Made by a program: the position numbers and the translations under genes. A stretch of 64,000 nucleotides of DNA. It comes from Marsupella aquatica. Lineage: Eukaryota > Plantae > Marchantiophyta. Under the pieces are notes generated by a model. The model was given only the letters and a program-made list of their open reading frames with translations. It made no database searches and had not been told where the DNA came from. Location of the stretch: assembly GCA_973895155.1 (NCBI GenBank), contig OZ316898.1:20719292-20783291 (forward strand). Reading direction: 5' to 3'. Below, piece by piece: positions 12,511-24,800 of this stretch (position 1 is its first letter; each line of letters begins with the position of its first letter).

Positions 12511-12622
12511 GAAATGGGTCTTCTCAAAATAGGGGATGATGCCAACCTTTGCTTCAACTCCTGAAAGGCATGCTCCTGGTCATCACCTCAAATCCATTCC
12601 TGATCCAACTTAGTGAGTATGG

Positions 12623-13576
12623 TCAAGGTTTAGCAAGCTGGCTAAATCCTTTAACATACTTCCTGTAGTAGCTCGCCAATCCCAAGAATGCACGAACTCT
12701 ACTCACATCAGTAGGACAAGGAATCTGTGTAATGGCCTCCACTTTAGTCTGCTGTACATCCAATCCCCCTGGGTATATAGTGTGGCCCAAATACTCAATC
12801 TGGTCTTGGAAGAACTTACACTTGCCAGGATGGAGCTTCAACCCATGTGCTCTCAATCTCTCCAACACAATCTGCAAGTGCTGCTGATGTTCTTCCACAG
12901 TAGAAGAATAGACCAAAATATCATCAATATAACATCTGACAAAATCCAAACCTGCAAGGATTCGATCCATGACTCTCTGGAACTCAGCTGGTGCATTCTT
13001 CAACCCAAATGGTAAGAATAACCACTGATACAAATGATCTTTGCCATAAGAATCAATCCCCCAGAATGCTGTCTTGGACCTATCAGCATGCCTAATTGGA
13101 AGCTGATGGTACCCTGCCCTCAGATCCAATGAACTGAAAACCTTTGCATGCCCCACAACATCAAAGATCTCCTCAGGTGTGGGCATGGCATATCGATCAG
13201 ATTTTGTCTGGCGATTAATAAGTCTGTAATCACCACACATGTGCCTATCTGTGTAATTGCCATGCACATCCTTCTTGGCTGGCATCACTGTGGCAGATGC
13301 ATACTCCCCATATGAAATCTCCACCAATCCAGCCTCCAACAAATCTTGAGTTTTGCTTTGAATTAGAGCTCTCTCCATGTCACTATAACGGTATGGTCTA
13401 CGAAAGATTGGCACATCACTAGCCAATTCAATCTGAATACCAGGGCCCTTCAGTGTCCCCAAATCCTTCATGCTGAATGCAAAACAATTCCAATAACTCT
13501 TCAGGAATCGGTGCATGCGACGTCTCTCCTCCCCTGTTAACTTAGGGCCAAGCTGTGGTTCCCAACTCTCCACCAA
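12623..13576 (-). pseudogene. Reverse transcriptase domain
   Basis: DYRLIN, FSSLDLRAGYHQ, KTAF, PFGLKNAPAEFQ, YIDD (12920-12931), KCKF, YLGH, FLGLASYYRKYV. Confidence 0.95.
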
Positions 13577-13807
13577 ATCCCTAATATCTCTTTGTAGGGT
13601 AGAAGAGATAGTCGATGATTGCTATTTAGCAGTAGATTGAGCAGTCTCTTTTTGCTCAACAATCTGTCCAGCCTTGGCCAATCCTGCCATAGGTCCATGG
13701 ACTGTCTGCTCGCCCCCAGCTGTGGTCAATACTGTCTCAGTGGACCGCAAGCTCACCAAGGGACAATCAGTAATTCCAGCAGAGCACATCCGCAACTGTT
13801 CAGCTAC

Positions 13808-14759
13808 TCCCAAGCTGATAATCCAAGTCAAACAATTCAGGTCCATTGCTTGACCAAGAACCTGGCGCCGCAAACCCTCTGACACAGAGGCAACTGCAAT
13901 GGTGCCAGTCAAAAATCCCATAGCACGCTCTCTCTCATCAGCAGTAGGCTCCACTAACTGCTGGAGAGCTGTGTCCCACACAAGTCCAGGGCCACCTCCT
14001 CTGAATGCATATGAAGCAGAGTGGCTGACAAGAGTGGGTAATGCACACGTGGGCGCCCAACTGCATTGACCACTGCCAATGGAGGTCTATCAGGTTGGGT
14101 CACACCCTATGCACGACACCCTGGATCCAAAATATCATCCACCACTAAGGCTGGTGAGCGTGAAATGATGTCAAATGCACGCTTCAGCACCTCACATGGG
14201 ATCAAATTGGTCCACCACAAGCGTGGACGATGTGCACGAGAACCCACATGTGCAGCATCCAATAACACAGCAGGTCCAATCCAAGACCTCACCTGGTGAA
14301 CACTGGCAACAATCCGACTACGATCATCACCTAACAATGGCACATTCTCCAAAATGTATGTTGGAGACTGTGTCTGATGTAGCTGGAGATGATGCAGCAC
14401 CCATAACATCTCCCAAAATAGTGCAGAGCGTGGATCATGAAGTCCATGCCCAACGCCAGCTCTAGATTGGCCTGATATGGCCAACCAGCAATCACCAAAT
14501 CAATGGGGCCAACACGATGCAGATGATCCGCCCCTAGCAATGAAATATCAGCAAGTAGTGCATGCTGATAACCACGAACAGCATCCACTAGCAGCAATTG
14601 TGGATATCTATACACCAACATAGCCACATGCCGCAATGAGACCCTCCGTGTTGTCTCATCTGTCTCCACATACAAATAACGACGCACAGGAATTCCTGCC
14701 TGAAGAACAGCAGCCAATCCAGTGCTAATCCCACCAAAAAGATCCAACAAACAAATACC
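13808..14759 (-). pseudogene. C5 cytosine DNA methyltransferase domain (DNMT3-like motif order) inside Pol, copy 1; inactivated
   Basis: Motif I LLDLFGGI, II YLYVETD, IV IDLVIAGWP(Y)Q, V GLHDPRSALFWE, VI YILENV, VIII AHRPRLWWTN, IX ERERAMGF, X RRQVLGQAM. Catalytic Cys codon is TAT (14475-14477), with 1-bp deletions near 14470 and 14047 and a TAG at 14107. Confidence 0.9.
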
Positions 14760-15149
14760 CTCCGGTGGATATTGCCAAGCAATAGGAGTGGTATCCAATG
14801 GCGAAAGAGTCACAGGTCCATCTGCAAGAGACTGCTCTGCTCCTGACTGTGGTGTAAAAGCATGACGCCATGCATCATGTACCAATCGTGCTGCTGCCTG
14901 TGGCAAGGCCTGTGCAGTGCCCCACACTGGTGGCACAACACTGCCAACAGGTAATCCTCGCATGATGTGCTCCTCATGAGACTCCTCCAATGGTGGAACT
15001 TTGGCTGCATGTGCATTACCCTCAATCAAATCATCAGGTCCAGCAATTACACCACTGAATGCTGCCAAAGACAATGGTGTGGATTTAGGGCCTCCCATAG
15101 GTCCACTAAATCTCACTGGCAATTTGCTCAATCGAGCATCTCCTGACTG

Positions 15150-15520
15150 TCAATCAGGTCTATATGACACTGATTCCTCCCAAAAATCTAAAATAAATCC
15201 CATGGGGTAGAGCACTATACATCCCACCAACACATCATATGACTCTGCCTTAGTCAGAATAGCTCGCGCCTGTATCTGTGAGCTATCTGTGGTATGACCT
15301 TCCTGAATCCTCAAATCAAGAGGTCTCCTGGTAATGTGTTGTGTAGGTGTAGGTCCCCCCAATGAAGTCTGAAAGGGACAATCCTCCAAATCCTCTGGAC
15401 GCAATCCCAATCCATGTATGGCAGACTTCCCCAACATCAAGGGCTGAGCACCAGTATCCAGTAACACTCTCTCTGGCTGGTATACTGCTCTAGAAGGCCC
15501 AACTAATCGGAAGATACCAC
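15150..15520 (-). pseudogene. Retroviral-type aspartic protease domain
   Basis: VLLDTGAQPLML (DTG at 15450-15458) ... YDVLVG. Confidence 0.85.
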
Positions 15521-16382
15521 TCCGATTATCCAATGACACAACACTAGGTTTAAACCTAGTCCTCTCAAATGCAGGGCGTGCTGGTAAATCCACCAACCTC
15601 GTTGCTGCTGCATGCCATGTCTCACTAGTAGCAGTAGGTGGTATGGTCTTCACTGCTTCAACACTGCAAGTTGCTTCTGCATGGGAAGCAACAACTGGAG
15701 TGTCCTCACAGAGTGTAGCTGCCAATCTGAACACTTCTACAGGACCAACTCCCAAGTTCAGCATGTCTGTTGCTGAAAATAATGGGGTGCGTACTATGGC
15801 AGTAACCACCCCCAGCAGGGTACCTGTCATCCCTACTGTATCACTACCGGATTCTGCCAACTTACCCACACGAGGGTTTATCCAAACCGGGTTCATAGAG
15901 GCAGTCTGAACTGTCTCTGACAATGTAAAAGACTGAGGAAGCTTTGTTTGCCGACGTGCATCCCCCCTCTGTGGATCTAGCTCCACTACTGCTCCTCGGG
16001 GCTCAAGAGCTTTGGCTGCCCCACGTGTCAAAGCTGTTGATGCATCAATATGTGCAGTGCCACACATGAATCCCATGGTGGCAAGATCTCCATCAGCTCC
16101 ATAAGATGTGGAAGGACCATGGGATGTGGAAGGTCCATAGGATGTAGATGCCCCATCACCAGAAGTAGGTCTCACCTGGGAACTAGCCATGGCAGCTAGC
16201 TGTTGCTCCAATTGAGCAATCTTAGCATCCTTGGGATATATGGTTACAGTAGGGGCAACGTCACCTCCCTGTCTCCCTGCATGTGGCATGCCACGACCAC
16301 GTCCATCGCCTCTACCTCCTCCTCCTCTTCCTTGATCATGTGTACGGGATCCTCCTCTCCGTAACTCAAGATGGAGTGAGAA

Positions 16383-17595
16383 ACACCTATCCTTGGTGTG
16401 TCCAGGAGCTCCACAGTGATCACACTGTCGCTGATCAGGCGCTGATGCTCCCCCTGATCCTCTATGATCTGGGCAATATCTCTATGCATGATCCCCACCA
16501 CAGGTCCAACATCCTGACTGCTGTCCAGCATAAGAGGGCACAGGTCTCTGGCTGGTAGACTCTCGTGCAATAGGCTTCTCCCTTTGGCTTTTCCGTGCAG
16601 TAGGCTGTGGTGTGGATGTGGATGCAGCCTTTGGTGCTTCCTTGGCAAATCCGGAAGTCACCACCTTCTCATTCACCATATTGAGCTCAATGCGCTCAGA
16701 AAGTGTAAAAACAACTGCTAATGTGGGATCTGCATCCCCAAGCAGAGTGACATCTCTCACTCTACGTCGCAATTCTCTGTCTAGAATTGCATACCAAAAC
16801 TGGACTGCCTGAGCCTCTGTCACTCCCTTGGTGACAGTGATCAATCTGCGCATACGAGTGTATGCCTCACATAGACTCTCTCCAGTCTTGCGCTGGAACT
16901 CCTACAGACCCTTCAACTTATCAGTTCTTACACCCTGATAGTTCTGCTTCAGTACCTCAAAGAATTCCACCACAGGATTAAATGTTGGCGCAACTCCAGT
17001 TCCTGTCACAATCACACCGGCAGGAGTAGCGGTGGATGCTGCTGGAGTGCTGCTGGTGGATGGTGTGCCACTCTGGCTAGTGCTGCTAGAAGAAGCAGCA
17101 GTTGTGGCAATGGGTTGGGCAGCCGCACTAGTGCCATAGGTGATGGACACGTAATTAGGTGACCAATGCTGCCTCCATGCCTCAATCTCAACCAAATGAG
17201 CCTTCCGAAACTCATGGTAGTCATCCATGGGTGGCCCCTCTAAATGCTGAAATAATCTCTTCCATGCCATGAAAGGGGTAAACAATGTGGCGTTACGCAA
17301 TGTCTGCATATCGCACCACATATCAAACTCCTGGATGAAGTCATCCAGATCAATCGTGCCAACTGCACCAGAGTATCATCGTGGGCCCTTTGTAGCCCCG
17401 TACATCTCGTCCATATCCCACAACAAAGGTGCAACCACCTGATGATGAGGAGATGGTCACTGAGTCCTCATCAAAATCATTGTCTGAAGCTGCACTGCTG
17501 ATTGCTACCAATGCCGCTGGCCGAAACTGCGTCCCACTCCGAGTGAAACCGGTCCGTCGTCCATCGGGTAACCCAGCAGCACCAGAAGAATCCAT
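16383..17595 (-). pseudogene. Gag with two zinc knuckles (copy 1)
   Basis: Probable ATG at 17595; FQRKTGESL capsid-like motif; knuckles CWTCGGDHAxRxC and CDHCGAPGHTKDRC (16383-16511), followed by an RGG-rich tract. Confidence 0.85.
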
Positions 17596-17931
17596 GGTGA
17601 CCAACCCTAACCTAATCTATGTGCTAACCCTAAGGGCAATCTGTCCCTATCAGCACCACAAGCACTCACCATGGTGTGTTGGACATCACTCCAACATCAC
17701 CAGGAGAGAAATACACAGCACACTAGAATATCCGGTTGCAAACCCGGATCACTCCTATGGAATCAAGCGCCCATACCGAACCAACATGGCGCATAAACAA
17801 AAAACAAGTGTGGAGAGGATCCAATCAACAAGAATAGTCAAACACTAACTCTCCACACCAAGAGTGATCACACATTGATCAAACAAATATTCATAATGTT
17901 CAATGAAAGGCCTTCATAATAGGCTTCATGA

Positions 17932-19209
17932 TGTCACAATGTTATAGATGAGAAACCATGCAGAATTGGTTCAATCTGTGTATTTAGATGAACTCAGAGC
18001 TATCAAAAACCTCTAAAGAGCCTCTGATTTGGCCCGAAACAAGGCTCTAAGCAAACCAGAAAGTGTATAAAGCCCCTTGGCGTTTGAATCTAAACAACAA
18101 GTTGTGAAAACTTGTGTGTACACAAGGTGGGATGAGAACTTGCCAGTTAAGCGCTTGCGGCTGGGAATAGCCCCGGGATGGGTGACCTCCTCACGCTCGA
18201 TCTCGTGCTTCCCCTCGCGCTCGACCTCGTGCTTCCCCTCGCGCTTATGACCTGGAATAGCCCCAGGATGGATGACCTCGACCTCGCGCCTGCTTGTGCT
18301 CGCGATGGGTGACTTTGCGCTCGCGGTTGGGAGCACTTTCGGGATGGGTGACCTCACGCGTCACCTTATGCGCGCACAGTTATGTGTGTACACAAAACAG
18401 AAGTCGTCGGGCTCAGAAATGGCAACATTTGTCACTCGAAAGCAGTAATTTCCTTCACAAAAACGGCAACGTCGATGGCTCTCGACCTCTGCAAACCTGT
18501 CGCGCACGGTTCTGGGACATTTTGTGAGCGTCCCTTGACAATAAAACACTGCGAGCACTCAAAATTCCAACAGATCTGTCCACAAAACAGCAGTGCGATA
18601 CAAGCAGCAACCTTCGACCATCTCTTTCCAGATCCAGATCTAGACTCCGACTCAATCCAGATCCAGATCTAGACCAGATCCAGATCCAACAACGTTCAAG
18701 CTTGGCCAGAACCAGATCGAATAGCAACAGAGTACTCAAACAATAGAACCAATGATTCAAGAAACATGAATCCGCGTCAAACACAAATCCAATTGATTCG
18801 AGCTACCACGAACCGTCACCGTCAACAACAAACTCAGACTGAGCTTCTGTCTGCACAACAGAGTTTGAAGTTCATGATCTTTCAATGTAATCTCCATACA
18901 ATCGGCACAACGATCCCGGTCAACAATACCCCATCGATCCCGCACCGATCCGATCACACACGTATGTCAAGCCAACGCACCTTGCACTACTCAAGGAATC
19001 CACGTTACACAGCTCACAGCCACCATAGCCACTCAAGCTCCTCTCTCTCCAAGGCTCAACATTGAAAGATGACCTTTCAATGCCTCACAAGTGAGAAGTA
19101 CCCTCTCACACAAACCTGACGGAACCTTATCGGCTCCAATAGCACTCATACCAAACGTACATACTCTAATAACACGATATACTACTACACTACTCAGAAT
19201 GGTGTGACA
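17932..19209 (-). repeat. Putative 5' LTR of copy 1 (~1278 bp)
   Basis: Perfect 7-bp inverted termini TGTCACA...TGTGACA; homologous to 58445-59694. The inner boundary rests on the inverted terminus only, because no paired LTR is in the window. Confidence 0.55.
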
Positions 19210-20699
19210 AGTTGTTTCATGTGGGCTCCCCTTCAGACATACCCCAGCTTGCAGAGGACTCCTATGTTTGCCTTAAAGCACCACTAGTAATGAGGTGCTT
19301 TTGGGTTTTGGGAACTTCTGTGCTTGCCTTAAAGGGCCATTGTCCATGATAAAACCTGGACACACCACATTTAGCCATTTTCAAAAAAACTTTGCTGAAA
19401 TTGTGGAGCAAAGTCTCACCCTAGAAATGTGAAAAGTGAGAAGTATTAGACACTTGACTACACTCTTTACAGTATTTAGTCTCACACACTCTAATTATTG
19501 TGAGGTTATATTTGAGGTAAGTGATGATAATTAGGGTGTGTAACACTAATATAGTATGACACTAATTGTGGTCACAAGTCAAATAGTGTCACACACATTT
19601 AAAGTCTTAAACTAAGAAATGTGCACAATATTTGATTACAATTTACAAATTTTACTATTCAAACATTGAGAAACTTCAGAAACTTATAACTCTTTCCATA
19701 TACAACTCAAACATTGAGCAAACTTCAGAAATTTATAACGCCTCACATTTGCAGTTTGGGGTACTTGAACCACATTGAGCAAACAAGATCATTTTGATTC
19801 ACTTTGATTAACTATATATAGCACATGTTGTCTCACATTAGCTACAAACTAACATTATTTTCAATCTCCTACAATCTGTCCCCTGTGTCTCATCCTTGCA
19901 AGACGGCGTACAACCCCAAGAGAAGAAAGTTGAGATGGCTCCTCACCTGGTTCACCAATATCAGGAGCCACTCGACTCCCTTAAAAATTCACTCGATACT
20001 TCGTTATGGTATTTTGAAGCTCAGGTGTAAGTTGATTTTCAGACAATAAACCATTGACATTTAGAGACAACCCGATGTTTATCATTGAATTTTGTGCATA
20101 AGACATGTCACGTTTGTCAACAGAACTGTTCACCTCAGTTACAGAGTCCCTTGCCAATGTCAAAAATCAATGTTTGCCCTCGTGTTTGCCTGGATATATC
20201 AATTTCCTAGATGTGTCACGTGTTCCAGTCCTCACATTTTTTGGGTTTTCATTTATCATTTTTTGAAATGCAGTGATGATAAGCCAAACAAGATGAAGAT
20301 TAATTGCCAGTGACATTTTGACATAGTCTTGATTCTCTTTCCCTTGTGCTAGCAAATCCAACTATGACGGCCAATCCATTCCCACCATGTTATAAATCTA
20401 TCAACCTCCTTTCACAAAGACTGACAAGGTAAAACACAAAGGAACTTTTTAAGAACATACATACAAAGAGATGTCCTTGGTAGTTTGGATAACTTTGGAG
20501 TGAGAGCACTTTAGGATAATAATATTGTCACCTCTAATTATCAATATTTTTTAATATATTAATTTATTTTCCAAAATTAAGGGTGATGGTAATAGTGTCA
20601 CTTGGAGTGTGTGGCACTAATTGTTTCCTGACATTAAATACTCTGCTACCCCTAATTAGATTCAGCGCGAATGACAATATAGAGGCTCATCCCTGCCCG

Positions 20700-20845
20700 C
20701 AAATTTTTTTCTAAGTGTCAAAGTTGATGAATGAACCCCACTTTTGAGTGGGGTTTGTTACAAAAGAGAACTATGCCAGGCAGGATTCGAACCCCTGCCC
20801 TGTTGGGCCCAAGTCTCTCGACTACCACTCAGGGAGCATCTGCTG
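20700..20845 (-). mobile_element. tRNA-like Pol III head (SINE or tRNA pseudogene)
   Basis: Minus strand gatgctccctgagtggtagtc...gcaggggttcgaatcctgc: A-box-like TGAGTGGT, perfect B-box GGTTCGAATCC with a T-arm stem; no complete cloverleaf; short A-run downstream. Confidence 0.5.
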
Positions 20846-21838
20846 CACAGTTGGTAAGGCTCTTTTAATTATAATTATATTCGTTCTAGTGTCGGGCAAT
20901 GGCTGCAGGCTACAGGCAACCATATCACAAATCGTATGGATTTCAACATTAATATGCATCCATATTGTCAATCATGGTAAATGATATTGTCAATAGTGGT
21001 AAATCTATACGTGACATTAAATGCTGTAAAGAGGGTACTTTGCGTCACTAAGGCTAAACGATAGGCAACGAAGACTGAAGTGGAAATTAAGCATAGGAAT
21101 TCTCCAGCAGCCGTCTTATACTTGAGTGGCGGTCTTGAGGTAGGTGCTGAGTAAAAGAAATGCCACATTAGCATTATGACAGTAGTGCAAACGAAGGTGC
21201 TTGTGGAGCACAAGCTGTCAACACTGCTATGTTCAGTGGGTTGGAAGGTTTACTCAAAAGGTGAGTTTGCTTGTCTTCGGTGGTTGCCCTTCAATTTCTT
21301 ACAGACGAGAGCTGCGAAGAGAACAAGAGCGCCATTGCATCATAGGACATGATAACAAAGCCCATTGACATGGTTCAATTTCCGTTTCCTTTAATATAGA
21401 CAGGTCCAAAACTGGATACAAAACTGAGGGATTGCTTCAGTCCATGTGTCGATAACTTTTGACACGAAAGAGACCCGCAATCAGGTTCGTAACAAATGAG
21501 TATCGTATTTACAGCATAGAATGCGAGACTCCCGAGAGCAGTGGCAGAAAGCCTCGGTAACAAATAATCAGAACTAATTGCGAATCACTTGAGCTTGAAG
21601 TGGGGATCGTTGCTGTCAGAAAAGCTGGACTAACCCTCGTCCATTTCCTAGTAGCGCTCTCCTAAAACCCTATATCTAAGTTGTGCCGACAATGTCATAT
21701 AGAACAAATGGAGCTGTGCCTTCTGAAACCCTACACCGAGCAGTGCAGACGTGTAATGCCGACAGACACGTTAGGGTAGCCAGAGAAATTGAATAACCGA
21801 CTTTCATGGCTTAAAGTCCAGATGCCGGCGCTGAGCTT

Positions 21839-24800
21839 CTAAATGTTAATGTTGCATTGTTGCAGGAATGAGTGGTCGTACTTTACGTACTTGGTCCAAT
21901 AAGGCTTGTACCGAGACATACCAATCTCCAGCCATGGTTTCATATTTCCATTGTAATGAATTACTGAAGCATGTTCAATATCCTTTTGTAAAACACCAGC
22001 GTTGTAACCCAACCCAAGAACATGCCACCGCTTGGGCAATGCGTAGGTCAAGTTATAGAAGGTTATCAAACCTGGAGGTAGAGTTCCTAACTTCCACAGT
22101 GTCCGATCCTCATTCTGTACAGTATCAGGACACAACAGGAACATGTCATGGATTAGAAACAATGTGAAGGAAAAATAAATAAAAACTTACTAATATGCCG
22201 AGGTAGCACTACTCATACCCGCTGGAGACCGCAAGGAGACCAGACAATTGCTCCCACCTGTCCCTTTGATGATTGTCAGGGCAGGACTATCTACTCAAAT
22301 ACATGAGACCAATGACTCACCAGACTCTGCCACTTGTGATAAATGCCGGTTATATCACGTTTCTTCCACTCCACCAAATCGAACAAGTTCATCCCATAAG
22401 CCCATCCGCAAGCCATGGGATCAAAGTTGTTGGCAATGTATGGATGAGAAAAGTTCAGGTATTTGTCAAAACGGTGGAAGCTGGGTCCACAAGTTTCAAC
22501 TGCACCATTTACATTTCCTTGGAGATCCACCTTCCACAAGTCACTCAAATCCCTTTGCACAACCACGTCGTCGTCCAAAAATACAATCTTCGCAAGCGTC
22601 GGGTACGTCTCCGGTAGATAAAAGCGGAGGTGATTCAACATCGACAGGTACTTCGGATTTCGGTATTTCAGATTCGAAGACACACTCGCCAAGTTTGCAC
22701 TGTTTCCAGCTTTGAAGTAGTACTCTTTCATTGAATCGGATTCGAGTTGATGAAGGACTGGACAGTACGAAGTGTTGAGCCATTTGAAGTCATCCACGTT
22801 TTGAACTTCTATGGTTGCCTCACCTGGTGGATTCGCAAGGAACCACATTTTCATGGCTCCGTAATTCATCTTGTCTGTGACCAAGTGAAACACTTGTTTT
22901 TCAGGCTCCTGCACGACCAGGACAATCAGATAACAAAACTGAGAATTTGGAAAGCAGTCGATACATGTTTTGAGGTGAGATGAAGTGAGGAGAGAACCCT
23001 CTCCTCTCCCTACTCACTAAAAAATCTAAAAACTAACACCACCTCAAGCTCAAGGCTGCCCGCCCGGCTTCGAATGGGAGCTGCCTTGCTTTGGAGGGTG
23101 CTGGCATCCTACCTTTCAAAGATCGGAGCGATGACCTCAATCCCTCTACTTTTTAGGCAACACCCCTTTTCAACTCGAAAGCCTCCCGCTCTCATGGTAA
23201 GGAGAAATTCTTCCCATGAGTTAATACGAACCTTTGCGTGGACGATTGTGGAATTGACGACGACTGCCGCTGCAAGAATATTGTCAGAGAAAAGAGCGTA
23301 GTGGTATAGGCTAGGATCCTCGAGCTTTGACGAAGGGAGAAAGTCGCGTTCATCCTCGGGCTGATTATGGTACTCGACGGTCAGCAACATGGAGAGGCAG
23401 TGCAGACCCTTGGGAATTGTCTTCGCTGCCAGTTGACTTAAAAACGTGCTCTGCTTTTTAAGCGTCCGCGCATTTTCTTCGGAAGATTGCAACATCGCCC
23501 GCAATTTCTTTACCATCATTGATTGGTCCCGATGCTGATCCCGTGCCTTCGTCAAAAGACGTCCCATCTGCTTTATCCTGTCCTTCGTGCTGATCCCACC
23601 AAACATGATGCCACGCGTTAGTCGGAGTAGCGACATAATTATTCCATAATTGACTGCATAAAACTCTACTACCGGTTTGGCTTCGCACTACTCAACTGGA
23701 ATTAACTCCAACAAATAAGATAGTACTCATGTGAGAAAAGGGATCCACTAGAGGTCTAGATGAAACCTGCTTGGCAACTCCGCATCCACATTCGCGTCTT
23801 CGAGGATTTTCTGGCTGTCTTTGATTTTCACCTTTAGGTCCCTCAGGAGGCGCGCGTTGTTGCTTGATTCGGCAATAGCCGCATAAGCTCTAGCCATGAT
23901 TAGTTGGTCTCTCATTATGCGGACCATAGAATCGGCATTTTCTACGTCCTCACGCTTCCAAATGCTGTATTTCCCGTCGACTCCTATGTCGATCTCCTTA
24001 GATTTTTTTATTGCCTCTATCTCCGCCTTCGAGTCTTCTTCAGGGTCCTGCCGGATCAGCTCTGTCAGCCTTTTCTCATGCCTACGATGCCTGAGTTGCT
24101 GCAGCAGCACAATCAATATGCATTTCAACATAACAGGAAAAACTAGAGTTTCTTGGGCATGTCTGGCACAAAAGACTTTACTCTGAGGTTATTTACACCG
24201 CACGCGTGTAGTCTCAGGCGGGAAACAGTCACTCTTGAGGCAAAAGACGGCCATACTAGAGGAATGTGCGAAGTACCTTTCTCAGTTGTCGAGCTGTAGC
24301 ATTTATCTCGGGGGTAGATCCACTGCTGGCTAATCCACTGCTGGCTAATCCACCCGTTGCTGAATCACGCAAAAGTATTGAATTATGCACCAGAAACCAA
24401 CATTTCTAACAGTCGCGATTGATAAACTCGGACATTTAAAAGCAGCCAGACATTTTCAAATGGCCACCTATCCAAGGAAGACAAGACAATTGACAAGGGC
24501 GACAACAAAGAATGATAAACAGGAGCACGTATTTGCCACTACCTTCGAGATGAGCCTTCGCTTCTTCGAAGGTGACTGTACGAAGGTCATCACCAGCCTC
24601 AGCCTGGTCCTGAACAACAGATTTTTTCTGACTATCAACCAAGGGTATTGTTTGCTTTACAACCTCAATTTTTGTTCGTTCCTGCTGGATCACGAATGTA
24701 AATCCTGACATGACGACAAAAGTGGAAATGCTCGCTAGAAGATGAAAACATTTCAATGACAAGAAAACGTGCAAAACGAACTAGGACGGTCTAAACCAGG

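Larger units (their letters stand above)
10173..19209 (-). mobile_element. Ty3/gypsy LTR retrotransposon, copy 1 (Gag-PR-DNMT-RT-RH-INT-PHD), decayed, 3' LTR not found; left boundary uncertain
   Basis: Domain order PR-RT-RH-INT is gypsy-type. The 5' end TGTCACACC at 19209 is defined by alignment with copy 2 (58445), and similarity stops exactly there. Multiple stops and frameshifts. Confidence 0.93.

Noticed and set aside
13808-14759. Interpreting the MTase as a host DRM2/DNMT3 gene or bacterial contamination
   Set aside because: It has no introns or UBA/PWWP domains, the motif order is not permuted, and it is in frame with protease and RT at the same position in two independent insertions among plant genes
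17429-18784. ORFs in the LTR/leader present in both copies (e.g. 17429-17848, 18455-18784, 58866-59195, 59092-59604)
   Set aside because: Conservation is explained by recent common ancestry; the translations are low-complexity products of tandem repeats with no recognisable motifs
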